In this document: positions 10,484 to 19,887 of the stretch, piece after piece
Layout: each line of letters begins with the position of its first letter
How positions within the stretch are numbered: the first letter of the stretch is position 1
Assembly: GCA_963851445.1 (NCBI GenBank)
Contig: CAWKPH010000001.1
Location: forward strand, 553,363-617,362
Reading direction: 5' to 3'
Length of the DNA: 64,000 bases
From: an uncultured bacterium
Lineage (GTDB): Bacteria; Patescibacteriota; Minisyncoccia; Phycocordibacterales; Phycocordibacteraceae
Program-made: the position numbers and the translations under genes
Notes under the pieces: generated by a model
Databases searched by the model: none
Seen by the model: only the letters and a program-made list of their open reading frames with translations
Told to the model about the DNA's origin: nothing

Positions 10484-10846
10484 GTGTATAATATTGGCAT
10501 GAATACGCCTACATCAAATACTACCCTAAAGCAGCAACTTGAGCCGCATGTCGTTCGCGACCGCCTTGCTAAGGACATTCGTCGCATCCTCTCAGATTCA
10601 CTTCATCATTTTGATGAAGTTGATCAGGAAATCGAAGATAAATCATTCGACGTCGACGGAGTCGTATCAGGTCGTCCATCACGTGAGCAGCATGCAAGCG
10701 TTCGACGTAGTCTCCCTCAAGCAAACGTACGCCCATACACCAGTGGCCAACAAGCCCCAGTGAACGCGTACACTCTCACAGTCCCTTCACGCGGTAATTT
10801 TATTCCGAGCACCCACTTCTCGAATCCTCGTCCTCAGTCCGCATAA
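10484..10846 (+). CDS. Hypothetical protein
   Basis: 120-aa ORF divergent from prmC and ending at a bidirectional terminator. There are no recognisable motifs. Confidence 0.4.
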   Translation: MYNIGMNTPTSNTTLKQQLEPHVVRDRLAKDIRRILSDSLHHFDEVDQEIEDKSFDVDGVVSGRPSREQHASVRRSLPQANVRPYTSGQQAPVNAYTLTVPSRGNFIPSTHFSNPRPQSA

Positions 10847-10866
10847 GGAGATCGACCATAAACAAG

Positions 10867-10900
10867 AAAATACCCCGGCTTGCACCGGGGTATTTTCTTG
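10867..10900. terminator. Bidirectional rho-independent terminator between convergent genes
   Basis: Stem ATACCCCGG / CCGGGGTAT with loop CTTGCA. It is flanked by an A-run on one side and a T-run on the other. Confidence 0.6.
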
Positions 10901-10909
10901 TAGGTAGGG

Positions 10910-11269
10910 TTAGTAGCTATTGTTGTAGCCGCCGCGATCGCCACCGCCGAAGCCGCCGCGATTACCGCCGCCAAAACCACCTCCACCACGACCATTGTTG
11001 TCGCGAGGAGGACGGTCGCCTTGTGGGCGAGCGAAAGAAACGGAGAGCATACGCCCATCCATTTCCTTGCCATCCCAGCGATCAATGGCTGCTTGGGCTT
11101 GTGTCTCGTCAGCCATTTCGACGAAACCGAATCCGCGTGAGCGGCCGGTCATGCGGTCACTAATAATACTTACCGACGTCACCTCGCCTGCTTCCGAAAA
11201 AGCAGTCTTGAGGTCGTCCTCAGTCGTGCGGTAGGGTATACCACCGACATAGAGCTTGTTTGTTGCCAT
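10910..11269 (-). CDS. RNA-binding protein with RRM domain and Gly/Arg-rich C-terminal tail
   Basis: RNP-2 LYVGGIP and RNP-1 RGFGFVEM motifs, followed by GGFGGGNRGG repeats. Confidence 0.8.
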   Translation of the reverse strand: MATNKLYVGGIPYRTTEDDLKTAFSEAGEVTSVSIISDRMTGRSRGFGFVEMADETQAQAAIDRWDGKEMDGRMLSVSFARPQGDRPPRDNNGRGGGGFGGGNRGGFGGGDRGGYNNSY

Positions 11270-11487
11270 GTGGGCTGTTCTGTAACTTAATAACTCTCGC
11301 TGATCCGAACCTAATCTGGCTTACGCCGCAAAAGCTAGGAGACTGGCGAGTTAGGCCCACTATGCAACAAACCCAGCTAAAACGCAAAGGTCTTAAGAAT
11401 TAACTGTGGATTACTCTACTATTGGAAATTTAAATAAGATTTGAGGATAGAACACTTTTACTCTTACCGAACAGTGAACGAAAAACT

Positions 11488-12708
11488 TTATTCGTAGCGG
11501 AGCGCGTCGATAGGGTTCATTTTTGCTGCTCGACGCGCTGGATACCACCCAAATCCTACACCAATCAACCCCGAAACCCCAAAAGCAAGCAGCACCGAAG
11601 AAAGTGACACGACAGGTGTAATGACACCAGTAAGCGCGACAACGAACGATACAATCCATCCAAGCGCAATCCCGACGACACCCCCGATAAGTGTGAGCAT
11701 AACTGATTCCATAAGAAACTGATTGCTGATATCGCCTTCAGATGCGCCAATAGCCTTTCTAAGTCCGATTTCCTTGGTGCGTTCCGTGACACTTGTGAGC
11801 ATCATGTTCATAATGCCAATTCCCCCCACAAGAAGTGAGATACCTGCAATGGCCCCAAGAAATACGGTGAATGTACCTGTAATTGTAGAAACAGTTGAAA
11901 GGATAGTAGCCTGATTAATAACGCTAAAATCAGCGTTGGCCGGGTCAGAAATACCATGACGTTGTAGAAGCAGAGTGGTAATATCGTTCTCAACTTGTGT
12001 TGTTGCATTGGAGGTTGCTGCCTGAACTCCGATGGAAGTTATATACTGTGCCCCGGTTAGATATTGTTGTGCGGTCGAAATTGGGACAAATACTTCATCA
12101 TCGGTGCTGCCAAATCCAGTTCCACCTGATGCCTGTGTGATGCCGATAACTGTGTACAAAGAGCCATTGATACGGACAGTCTGACCAAGCGAATTGGTAG
12201 TATCACTTCCAAAAAGAGTATCGTTAACAGCAGCCCCAAGTATGGCAACCTGTGCCTCCGTTACCACTTGCTCTTGGCTGAAAAATGAACCTTGTGCGAT
12301 CGTAAGATTGTGTATCGTAGGATAGGTTGGCTGTGTACCGTCGACGGTCGCGTTTATGTTCGTACCAGGCGCCGTAATCTGAAAACCTCGAGCATCTTCG
12401 GCTGCGACCCCAGATACATTGGCTACTTGTGCACTTATTGCTGTAGCATCTGCGAGCGTGAGCGTCTGTGCCGATCCCACTGAACTCCGTACACCGCTCG
12501 TACTAACGGCGCCCGGTCGGACCGTAAGAAGATTCGAACCAAGCGAATCAATACTTGAAGTAATTGACGCTTTCGCTCCGTTACCAATTGCGACGAGTGC
12601 AATTACCGATGCAATCCCGATAACGATACCAAGCATGGTCAGACTCGAACGAATCTTATTGCCTGAAAGCGCAGTAATGGTTTCCGAAAAGAGATCGCCT
12701 GTGGTCAT
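11488..12708 (-). CDS. ABC transporter permease, FtsX/MacB-like
   Basis: An N-terminal TM helix, a large periplasmic domain and a C-terminal 3-TM FtsX-like bundle. It is co-operonic with the ATPase and HlyD adaptor. Confidence 0.75.
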   Translation of the reverse strand: MTTGDLFSETITALSGNKIRSSLTMLGIVIGIASVIALVAIGNGAKASITSSIDSLGSNLLTVRPGAVSTSGVRSSVGSAQTLTLADATAISAQVANVSGVAAEDARGFQITAPGTNINATVDGTQPTYPTIHNLTIAQGSFFSQEQVVTEAQVAILGAAVNDTLFGSDTTNSLGQTVRINGSLYTVIGITQASGGTGFGSTDDEVFVPISTAQQYLTGAQYITSIGVQAATSNATTQVENDITTLLLQRHGISDPANADFSVINQATILSTVSTITGTFTVFLGAIAGISLLVGGIGIMNMMLTSVTERTKEIGLRKAIGASEGDISNQFLMESVMLTLIGGVVGIALGWIVSFVVALTGVITPVVSLSSVLLAFGVSGLIGVGFGWYPARRAAKMNPIDALRYE

Positions 12709-12747
12709 AATATTTATAAAAAGAATGGCATAAAAAGGTAAAGAGAT

Positions 12748-13473
12748 TTAAGTCAAAACATTTTCTTCATCGATCACTGCTTTACGTCGTTCGAAATCGA
12801 TACCGTCACTTACAATTACACCATCCTTAAGACGGATGATGCGCTTAGCGTGCTGTGCAACTTCTAATTCGTGTGTGATGAGGACAATCGTACGTCCATG
12901 TTCTTCGTTAAGCTTCGCGAACGTGTGGAGAACAATCTCCGTCGTACGTGAATCGAGGTTTCCGGTAGGCTCGTCTGCCAGAACGAGTGCAGGGTCGTTC
13001 ACGAGTGCACGCGCAATGGCGACGCGCTGAATTTGTCCTCCTGATAGCTGATTCGAACTATTGTTGAAAAGTGCAGCAGGGAATCCAGCTGCCAAAAGCG
13101 CTTCTTTTGAGCGTGTTTCACGCTCTTCGACCGGTACATCTGCATAAGTAAGGGGCAACATGACATTCTTCAGCACGTTCGTACGGGGCAGAAGATTGAA
13201 TGATTGAAATACAAAACCGATACGGCGTTTACGTACATCTGCAAGCTCGTTGCTCGTCATAGTTGAAACATCTTCGCCATCGAGATCATAAGTCCCTGAG
13301 GTGGGTGTATCGAGACAGCCGAGGATATGCATCAAAGTCGATTTTCCCGACCCCGAAGGACCCATGATTGCTACGAATTCGCCATCAGCAATTTTGAACG
13401 ATACTCCGCGAAGGGCAAACACTTCATTATCTGCGACTTTGTAAATCTTACTAATATCCTTTATCTCAATCAT
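12748..13473 (-). CDS. ABC transporter ATP-binding protein (MacB/LolD-type)
   Basis: Walker A GPSGSGKST, signature LSGGQIQRVAIARAL and Walker B LVLADEPTGNLD. Confidence 0.9.
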   Translation of the reverse strand: MIEIKDISKIYKVADNEVFALRGVSFKIADGEFVAIMGPSGSGKSTLMHILGCLDTPTSGTYDLDGEDVSTMTSNELADVRKRRIGFVFQSFNLLPRTNVLKNVMLPLTYADVPVEERETRSKEALLAAGFPAALFNNSSNQLSGGQIQRVAIARALVNDPALVLADEPTGNLDSRTTEIVLHTFAKLNEEHGRTIVLITHELEVAQHAKRIIRLKDGVIVSDGIDFERRKAVIDEENVLT

Positions 13474-13497
13474 ATGATGCTGACCTCAGACGGCACG

Positions 13498-15540
13498 TTA
13501 ACCACCCCGGCCCGCAAAACCTCCTGCAGCCGCACCTCCTCCACCCCCAGCAGTGGTAGCACCTCCGCTAAATCCACCACCACCCGCTGCACCAGTACCT
13601 CTTGCTGCTCCAGTGCCGCGTAGACCGCCAAAGAGGCTGAATCCGCCTGTACTCGAAGGTGCTGCCTTTGCTGCTGCACCTGAAAGTGTCGAGGTAACGA
13701 CGAATTGTCCGGGGCGAAGTCCGCTCAAAACCTGTACCGTGGTATCGTTCGAAATGCCCACAACGATAGGAACTTCAGTGATGGTCACGTCGCTTTCAGG
13801 AACTGTAATCGAGTGCGAGAATCCGCTTCCGGATAAAACTGTCGATGTCCCTGTGCTGTTTGGGCTGAATCCGCTCGCGTAACTTACAGTTGATGACGCT
13901 GATGTACCTCTGGTAAATCCGGCATAAGGTGCCGTTGACGATGCACCTCGCGTGGGATGTCTCCCTCCCGCACCACCTCTTATTGCCGCGAGAGTCGAAC
14001 TCGCATTCTTAAGGGTCGCCACCTCCACATATGTGGAACCATTCGCGTTGGTTTGAACCGCAGAACTCGAGACTTGTATCGCATCGGAAAGCGAGGACGT
14101 GATGATAGTCGCATCGGCGGTCATACCCGGTTTTATGCGGCTATCGGCAGTGTTGAGTCCGATCTTTACATCGTAGGTGACAACACCGTTACTTACAGTG
14201 CCCACGGGATCAATTTCAGCGACTGTGCCAGTTGCGGTAAGACCATTAATGGCATCAAATGTAATCGTGACCGGTTGGCCAATTTGGATCTTCGTGATAT
14301 CAGCTTCGTTCAGTGAAAGATCGACATAATTTCCGGTTGTGATTAGTGTCGCGACGACAGTTCCGGATCCTGCCTGGTCATACTTATTCACTGGCACGGT
14401 CCCGATGATCCCATTAAAAGGAGCAGTTACAATATAGTCTGATTCATCGGTCTCTGCTTGCGTGACTTCTTCTTGAGCTTTCTCTACCGCAACTTGTGCT
14501 GATTGTACGGTGAGTGGTGTATTACCTGAAGGGGTCAAGGATTGTGTATCCTTTTCTAAATTCTGTTCGGCAGCCGTGAGTGCTGTGTCTGCGCTTGTAA
14601 CACTCGCGCTATCATTGCTGATCGTTGTTTGGTACGAACTGACACTAGAGATCTGACTTGCAAGCTGCGAAGGAACAATGAGCTGTCCTTGCACTACTTG
14701 TGTGTTGATGTAATTCAAGTATATAAGCTCATCGCGAAGCGCTACATCGACGGTTTCGGTCAAGCGGATTGTCGTTTGTGCAAGCTGGTCGACAGCGGTA
14801 GGCGAAATGTTACTTGTATTGAGAGAAGCATATTGAGCTTGGGCTTGTTGATAGGCACTCACGGCGTTCGCATAGTCTTCGGCCACTTGCCGGCTATCCT
14901 CTTGAGATTCCGTCGTATTGATGTAATTCGCATAGGCATCGATGTTTTCTTCGGCTGTGTAGCCAGAAATCGTTGAAAGATTGTGTAGCACGCCGTTCAA
15001 CCCGTTCATCGCGATAGGAAGATCGGTGTATGCTGTCGTTATAGCCCCGGTAGTATTTGCTTGAGCGGTAGTGAGTGCCGTCTGATCGCTCGAGACGCCG
15101 GTTTGAGAGGACGTAAGAGCCTGTTCGTACGTGATCTGGGCACTCTCAAGATCCTGCTGCGCGCTCGCAACTGCCTCAGCGGCATTGGTTGTATCGAGTT
15201 CAGCGACAACGGTACCCGCCTTTACTTGTTCTCCAGGTGTCACATTGAGCTCAGTAATCTCACCGGACGCGGAACCTTGGGGAGTCAGACTTAGCGTATC
15301 GTTGGACGTGACCTGCCCGCTGCCCGTAACCGTTACCTGGAGTGGACCTTGTGTTGTTGCAGCAAGTACGTATTCGCTGCCGGTGCTTCCTGCAGCAAGC
15401 ACGCTGTATCCCCAATACCCCGCAGCAAGTATAACTAACAGAATAACAACACTCGCGACTTTATGCTTGCGCGCGAAAGTGCCAATACGTCGGGTTCCGA
15501 TCTTGATGGAAATCCATAACTTGCTGAAGAAGGTCCTCAT
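13498..15540 (-). CDS. HlyD/MacA-family periplasmic adaptor with a long coiled coil and a Gly/Ala/Thr-rich low-complexity C-terminal tail
   Basis: N-terminal TM anchor, biotinyl-lipoyl-like and beta-barrel segments, and a long Q/A/T-rich coiled coil. The last ~150 aa are dominated by G/A/S/T, ending GGGGFSGGATTAGGGGGAAAGGFAGRGG. Confidence 0.6.
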   Translation of the reverse strand: MRTFFSKLWISIKIGTRRIGTFARKHKVASVVILLVILAAGYWGYSVLAAGSTGSEYVLAATTQGPLQVTVTGSGQVTSNDTLSLTPQGSASGEITELNVTPGEQVKAGTVVAELDTTNAAEAVASAQQDLESAQITYEQALTSSQTGVSSDQTALTTAQANTTGAITTAYTDLPIAMNGLNGVLHNLSTISGYTAEENIDAYANYINTTESQEDSRQVAEDYANAVSAYQQAQAQYASLNTSNISPTAVDQLAQTTIRLTETVDVALRDELIYLNYINTQVVQGQLIVPSQLASQISSVSSYQTTISNDSASVTSADTALTAAEQNLEKDTQSLTPSGNTPLTVQSAQVAVEKAQEEVTQAETDESDYIVTAPFNGIIGTVPVNKYDQAGSGTVVATLITTGNYVDLSLNEADITKIQIGQPVTITFDAINGLTATGTVAEIDPVGTVSNGVVTYDVKIGLNTADSRIKPGMTADATIITSSLSDAIQVSSSAVQTNANGSTYVEVATLKNASSTLAAIRGGAGGRHPTRGASSTAPYAGFTRGTSASSTVSYASGFSPNSTGTSTVLSGSGFSHSITVPESDVTITEVPIVVGISNDTTVQVLSGLRPGQFVVTSTLSGAAAKAAPSSTGGFSLFGGLRGTGAARGTGAAGGGGFSGGATTAGGGGGAAAGGFAGRGG

Positions 15541-15557
15541 ATTTTAAGTACTAAAAA

Positions 15558-16055
15558 TTAATCCGAGGATGTTGTAGGAGTACTCGATCCATTTCCGAGA
15601 ACTGGGGAAAGGATGCGAATCAATTTTGCATCAATCTCACCACCACTCGTTGGTGTGCCAAGCACTACGACCTCGGACCCAATGGCAAGGACATCACTTG
15701 TTACATTGCTGTGCTGATAGCGAATAACTGTATCGCTTCCGAGAACGATTTGTTGTTCCGGCATCTGATTGCTTTCTATTGTAATGCTTGACGATGACAT
15801 GCTCACAATTGTGCCAAAAGCGCCATCAGAGTTAGGCTGATGATCATCGAGGCCAAGCATACCGAGTCCTTGTGATGGATCAACGAAGTTGCGCGCATAA
15901 TTCTCACCCCAATGAGATGGCGACATTCCTTCGTGGTGCCCAACAGCAACCCCGGCTTCAAAAATACATAAAACAATGCATGCAATACTGAAGCCTGCGA
16001 TAATGCCGGCAAAAAGGCGGGAGCGCACGAATCTATTAAGCGAGTCGCGATTCAT
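15558..16055 (-). CDS. Membrane-anchored hypothetical protein
   Basis: N-terminal TM helix and a soluble domain. It sits between the anti-sigma candidate and the efflux operon. Confidence 0.4.
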   Translation of the reverse strand: MNRDSLNRFVRSRLFAGIIAGFSIACIVLCIFEAGVAVGHHEGMSPSHWGENYARNFVDPSQGLGMLGLDDHQPNSDGAFGTIVSMSSSSITIESNQMPEQQIVLGSDTVIRYQHSNVTSDVLAIGSEVVVLGTPTSGGEIDAKLIRILSPVLGNGSSTPTTSSD

Positions 16056-16067
16056 AAATACTTAATT

Positions 16068-16631
16068 TTAGATGCGGAAATGAATTACTGAGGCGCGAAA
16101 TGAGAGGTGCGCAAGAACGATTCCTTGTACAAAATTTTTAATGGAAACGAGTAGCACCGCAATGAGGAAGAGAGTTACTGTTACTTCGACACCAGGAAAT
16201 GCCTGAAGGAGCGACAATGCAAAAACACCAAGATGTGAAGAGATAAGATCAGTATCGGAAATCAAGAGTGGCGCATAGCTCGTAAATCCTGTAGCGCTCG
16301 CTGCACGAACAAGTGCTGGTATAGCGAACATAAGCCCCGCTATGGAGCTTATGCCGGAAAGGGAAGACAGTACAAGTCGCGTACGCGCGTGGCGTTCACG
16401 TTCCCGCTCGAGCGCCAGACATATCCGCTCGCAAAGATACGTAGGTAGTTGCTCTTGCGGCAAAGCTCTAAAAAGCTCCTCATAATTCCTTCCCATATGC
16501 TGTATACGCAGTATAGCTCGGAAATGGTGCATTTTTAGAGAGTAATAGTCCCCATATCGATCTTGCTCAGAGACCCTAAAAAGGGTCCAGAACTTCGACT
16601 CCAGGACACTGCCTAGGTTGTAAGACGCCAA
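16068..16631 (-). CDS. Putative membrane anti-sigma factor
   Basis: It lies immediately downstream of the ECF sigma gene with a 5-nt gap. It has a soluble N-terminus and C-terminal TM helices. Confidence 0.4.
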   Translation of the reverse strand: MASYNLGSVLESKFWTLFRVSEQDRYGDYYSLKMHHFRAILRIQHMGRNYEELFRALPQEQLPTYLCERICLALERERERHARTRLVLSSLSGISSIAGLMFAIPALVRAASATGFTSYAPLLISDTDLISSHLGVFALSLLQAFPGVEVTVTLFLIAVLLVSIKNFVQGIVLAHLSFRASVIHFRI

Positions 16632-16636
16632 AAGCT

Positions 16637-17230
16637 TCAGGCCTCTGCTTCTCTTTTTCTGTATTTCTTTTCAAATTCCTTGCGTAGCGTTATAAGCGCA
16701 CGGCGATGAAGGCTCCGCACAGTATTCGCGGACATTTTGAGAATTTTTGCGATTTCTTCAAACGAAAGTTCTTGCTCGTAGCGCAGATTCAGTATCATCC
16801 GATCGCGCGGCCTAACTTCCTTCAAGGCCTCTTGAACTTCTCCTGCTTGTAGTGCGCGCTCGAAAAGTTCTTCAGGGAGTGGCTCAGGATCGGCGAGCGT
16901 ATCCATAAGTACATTACTGTCATCATCAGCATCGAACCGTGAGAAAGTAACCGATCTGCGCCTGCGCATAATGTCAGTTGCTGTATTTTTTGCGATTGCG
17001 AAGAGCCACGTACGCAGTGAACGTTTAGAATCAAAGCGATTCAAATTACGCCATGCTTTAAGGAATGTTTCCTGAACCGCATCCTGTGCGTCTTCGGTAT
17101 TTCCCATATACCGCACACAGAATGTATATAGTGCTTGAAGATGTCGATTAACAAGCTCTTGAAGTGCTTCGTCATTGCCACTCCGAGCCTTTTCTATGAG
17201 TTCCTGGTCGCTCTGTTGCTCGTCGGGCAT
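16637..17230 (-). CDS. ECF-subfamily RNA polymerase sigma factor
   Basis: Sigma-70 region 2 (DAQDAVQETFLKAWRNLNRFD) and region 4 (LSFEEIAKILKMSANTVRSLHRRAL) are present. Confidence 0.8.
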   Translation of the reverse strand: MPDEQQSDQELIEKARSGNDEALQELVNRHLQALYTFCVRYMGNTEDAQDAVQETFLKAWRNLNRFDSKRSLRTWLFAIAKNTATDIMRRRRSVTFSRFDADDDSNVLMDTLADPEPLPEELFERALQAGEVQEALKEVRPRDRMILNLRYEQELSFEEIAKILKMSANTVRSLHRRALITLRKEFEKKYRKREAEA

Positions 17231-17352
17231 ACGGATTCAGCATACCGTGCCTAGGCTCATTCGTCCCCGCACCTAAGCCCAACACTAAGAAATTATGCTT
17301 TAAAGTGATCATATCTTGTCTCAAATGCAAGATAAATAAGGTACCCCTTAAC

Positions 17353-19887
17353 TCAAACTGTTTTTAGCATGTCGTGTTTAATATCACTAAATGTTCCGTG
17401 TACCTTCTTGCCTGGGTTGAATATGCCCGATGGATCAAAAATACTTTTCGTCTCTTCAAAAAGCGCGACCATTTTGTCACCAAAAAGCATCGGGAGATAT
17501 GGAGTGCGAATAATGCCATCGTTATGTTCGCCAGTGGTCGTTCCCCCATATTTTATGACGAGCGCGTAAACTTTTGGGGCGAGGTCGATGACGACTTGAC
17601 GTACACTAGGCTTCGTAAGATCCATGAGTGGGATAATGTGGAAATTTCCGTTTCCAATGTGACCAGCGACTGTATAAATAAACCTATCTGAATATTCCGC
17701 AAGCAGCATGTCGAGTTCCGGAAGGAATTGTGGGTAGGTATCAGGGGGTACCACGAAATCATCGATAAAAGGCGATGCATAGAGACCATGTACATTCTTA
17801 CGAAGAAGGGCAAAGCTCTCGCGACGTACGATCCAGTATTTCTCCGACTCGCGTTCGTTTTTTTTGATACTCATCTGTAAACCCATGTCTCGAAGGGCAT
17901 CATGTGCTTCTTGTGCCCGTTGAAGCGCTTCTGTGGGGGTATCGGCAGAGAATTCTGCCATCAAAATAAGTTTGGGAACACCTCCGGAAATAACCATGGC
18001 AGTCTCCGGAATGAATGAAAGTCCTAGGCGAAGTGCGCGATTGAAGCCCATTTGCGAGAGCATTTGCGGCATGAATCTAATGGCAAGTTTAAAAGTCTGA
18101 TCATCATACGACTCAAATGATTCAGGATTGAAGGGAAGTACCCTGTGCACTATTTCTGGAAGTATCCTGAGATCTTTCAAGAAAATAACTAACATCGCAC
18201 GGTGACTTTCTTCTTTCACGAGTCGTAATTTTGCTTTGGTCATGAGAGCAAGCGTGCCCTGTGCCCCGCATATTAGACGCGCGAGATTAAAGGTACCTTT
18301 TCCGCTATGAATTACATTCCAAAGTGCGTATCCGGCAGAATTTTTCGATACTTTTGGTCTTGCATTTTGGATCACTTCGGCATTCTCCGTAATAAGTGCA
18401 TGCATCTTACGATAAATTTCGCCCTCGAAGTCCCGCTGGCGCTTCTTTTCTTCCAGTCCTGCCGGGTCAAGATCTTTAAAAGTCGTAAGTGTGCCATCTG
18501 AAAGCACCACCTCAATCTCTTCAATATAATCCTCAGTTTTACCATATTCAAGGGTGCGTTCGCCTCCTGAATTATTGTTCACGATACCTCCTATCGCACA
18601 GAGCTCGCGAGACGCAGGGTAGGAAGGAAGCACAAGATTCCCTCGAGCAAGTGTCTGTTTCTCAAAATCGCGATAGAAGACTCCTGGCTCGGCAACAGCA
18701 GAGCCGTGAGTTATGACGTGAGGTACCGTATCAGATTTTCTATCTGTTTCTTTGTTAATACTTATAATCCTGTTCATATATTTCAAAAAGACAGTGACGA
18801 TGGAATTCGTGAGTGGGCCTCCGCTCATGTCAGTTCCTGCCGATCGGCCAGTCAGGGAAACACTCTGGCCTGCATCTTTGGCAGCTCGTACGGTTTTTAC
18901 TAGCGCAACTACATCCTGTGTATCTTTGGGATATACAACGAGCGATGGCTTGATCTTGAAGAGACTTGTATCGCGACTATATTTTTCGATTTCAGACTCC
19001 GCATCGGTAACGTCACCTTTAATTGCCGACCGTATCTTTTCTTCAAGCTCGTTTGAGATATTTGATTGGGTGTCAGTTGTTGTAATGTCCTTCGTGATGA
19101 CCTTATCGTCACGGATCTCGAGCACTGTACTTACAGGTATCTCATCAAGCAAAGTCTTGATAAACGATGCAGTATCCAGTGGACCTTTTACTGCGTGGGT
19201 TGGAATATCTATTTTCGTAATTACTTCGTCATTACCTCCTTGTGTCAATCGATCTCCGACGTACAGCATTGCCGAAAGAGGCACATGTAATTCCTTTGCT
19301 AGTTGTTGTACGCCATAAGCTTTATCAATGCCTGGCTTTGTTACGTCAATCGAGGTCGCGCCCCCTATTTTCACATCAAAATCGGGCAAGAGCACCTTGA
19401 TCGCTTCCTGAAGTTTCCTTTTCTTTTCGCTGGTGGGGTCCCATCGACGCTTCTCGGCAATGGGTGCCTCCTGGCCGAGTGCGGAGATGGTAACTTGGGT
19501 TCCGCGAGTCTCAATTCGTTCACCATATGAAGGGAGAGAGAAATCGATGACTCCAGAATCTATCGCACCTTGTTCAATCGCTGTTTCTATCCGATCAATC
19601 TCTTTGGGATCAAGATCTTCTTCATATACCTTCGCCCAAGCCTGGTCATGATAAGCGAACATTTCCGCACCTGAAGTTGGGAAGAGGTAAAGATTGCGGA
19701 GTTCAGCAGAGGGCGGCAGTTCCTCGGTGACTTGATGGTGAAGCTGCTCCAATTTTTCACCCGTTATTACGGCAAGAATTGTTTTATTCAAAAGCTCTGC
19801 AATAAGTTTTGCCATATCGGAAGTTATTGGCACCTTACTTTCTGAAAGGGTATCGTCGAGATCAAATATGATAGCTTTCGGGATCAT
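17353..19887 (-). CDS. Fusion protein: N-terminal HAD-IIB (phosphomannomutase-like) phosphatase domain + C-terminal FAD-linked oxidase (GlcD/PCMH-type FAD-binding)
   Basis: HAD motif I IFDLDDTL and motif IV GDRLTQGGNDEV. The FAD-binding PCMH motif is GRSAGTDMSGGPL...AIGGIVNNNSGG. A C-terminal GGTTTGEHNDG motif is also present. Confidence 0.6.
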   Translation of the reverse strand: MIPKAIIFDLDDTLSESKVPITSDMAKLIAELLNKTILAVITGEKLEQLHHQVTEELPPSAELRNLYLFPTSGAEMFAYHDQAWAKVYEEDLDPKEIDRIETAIEQGAIDSGVIDFSLPSYGERIETRGTQVTISALGQEAPIAEKRRWDPTSEKKRKLQEAIKVLLPDFDVKIGGATSIDVTKPGIDKAYGVQQLAKELHVPLSAMLYVGDRLTQGGNDEVITKIDIPTHAVKGPLDTASFIKTLLDEIPVSTVLEIRDDKVITKDITTTDTQSNISNELEEKIRSAIKGDVTDAESEIEKYSRDTSLFKIKPSLVVYPKDTQDVVALVKTVRAAKDAGQSVSLTGRSAGTDMSGGPLTNSIVTVFLKYMNRIISINKETDRKSDTVPHVITHGSAVAEPGVFYRDFEKQTLARGNLVLPSYPASRELCAIGGIVNNNSGGERTLEYGKTEDYIEEIEVVLSDGTLTTFKDLDPAGLEEKKRQRDFEGEIYRKMHALITENAEVIQNARPKVSKNSAGYALWNVIHSGKGTFNLARLICGAQGTLALMTKAKLRLVKEESHRAMLVIFLKDLRILPEIVHRVLPFNPESFESYDDQTFKLAIRFMPQMLSQMGFNRALRLGLSFIPETAMVISGGVPKLILMAEFSADTPTEALQRAQEAHDALRDMGLQMSIKKNERESEKYWIVRRESFALLRKNVHGLYASPFIDDFVVPPDTYPQFLPELDMLLAEYSDRFIYTVAGHIGNGNFHIIPLMDLTKPSVRQVVIDLAPKVYALVIKYGGTTTGEHNDGIIRTPYLPMLFGDKMVALFEETKSIFDPSGIFNPGKKVHGTFSDIKHDMLKTV

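Noticed and set aside
11270-11487. Possible ncRNA or regulatory leader in the ~215-nt gap upstream of the RRM-protein gene
   Set aside because: There are no recognisable conserved RNA motifs and no tRNA-like T-loop (GTTCGAATC-type) here or anywhere in the window. It is most simply a long 5' UTR, left unannotated.
13553-13882. Pro/Ala-rich plus-strand ORF
   Set aside because: It is antisense to the Gly-rich tail of the HlyD-like adaptor, so GGN codons read as CCN/GCN. It is a compositional artefact.
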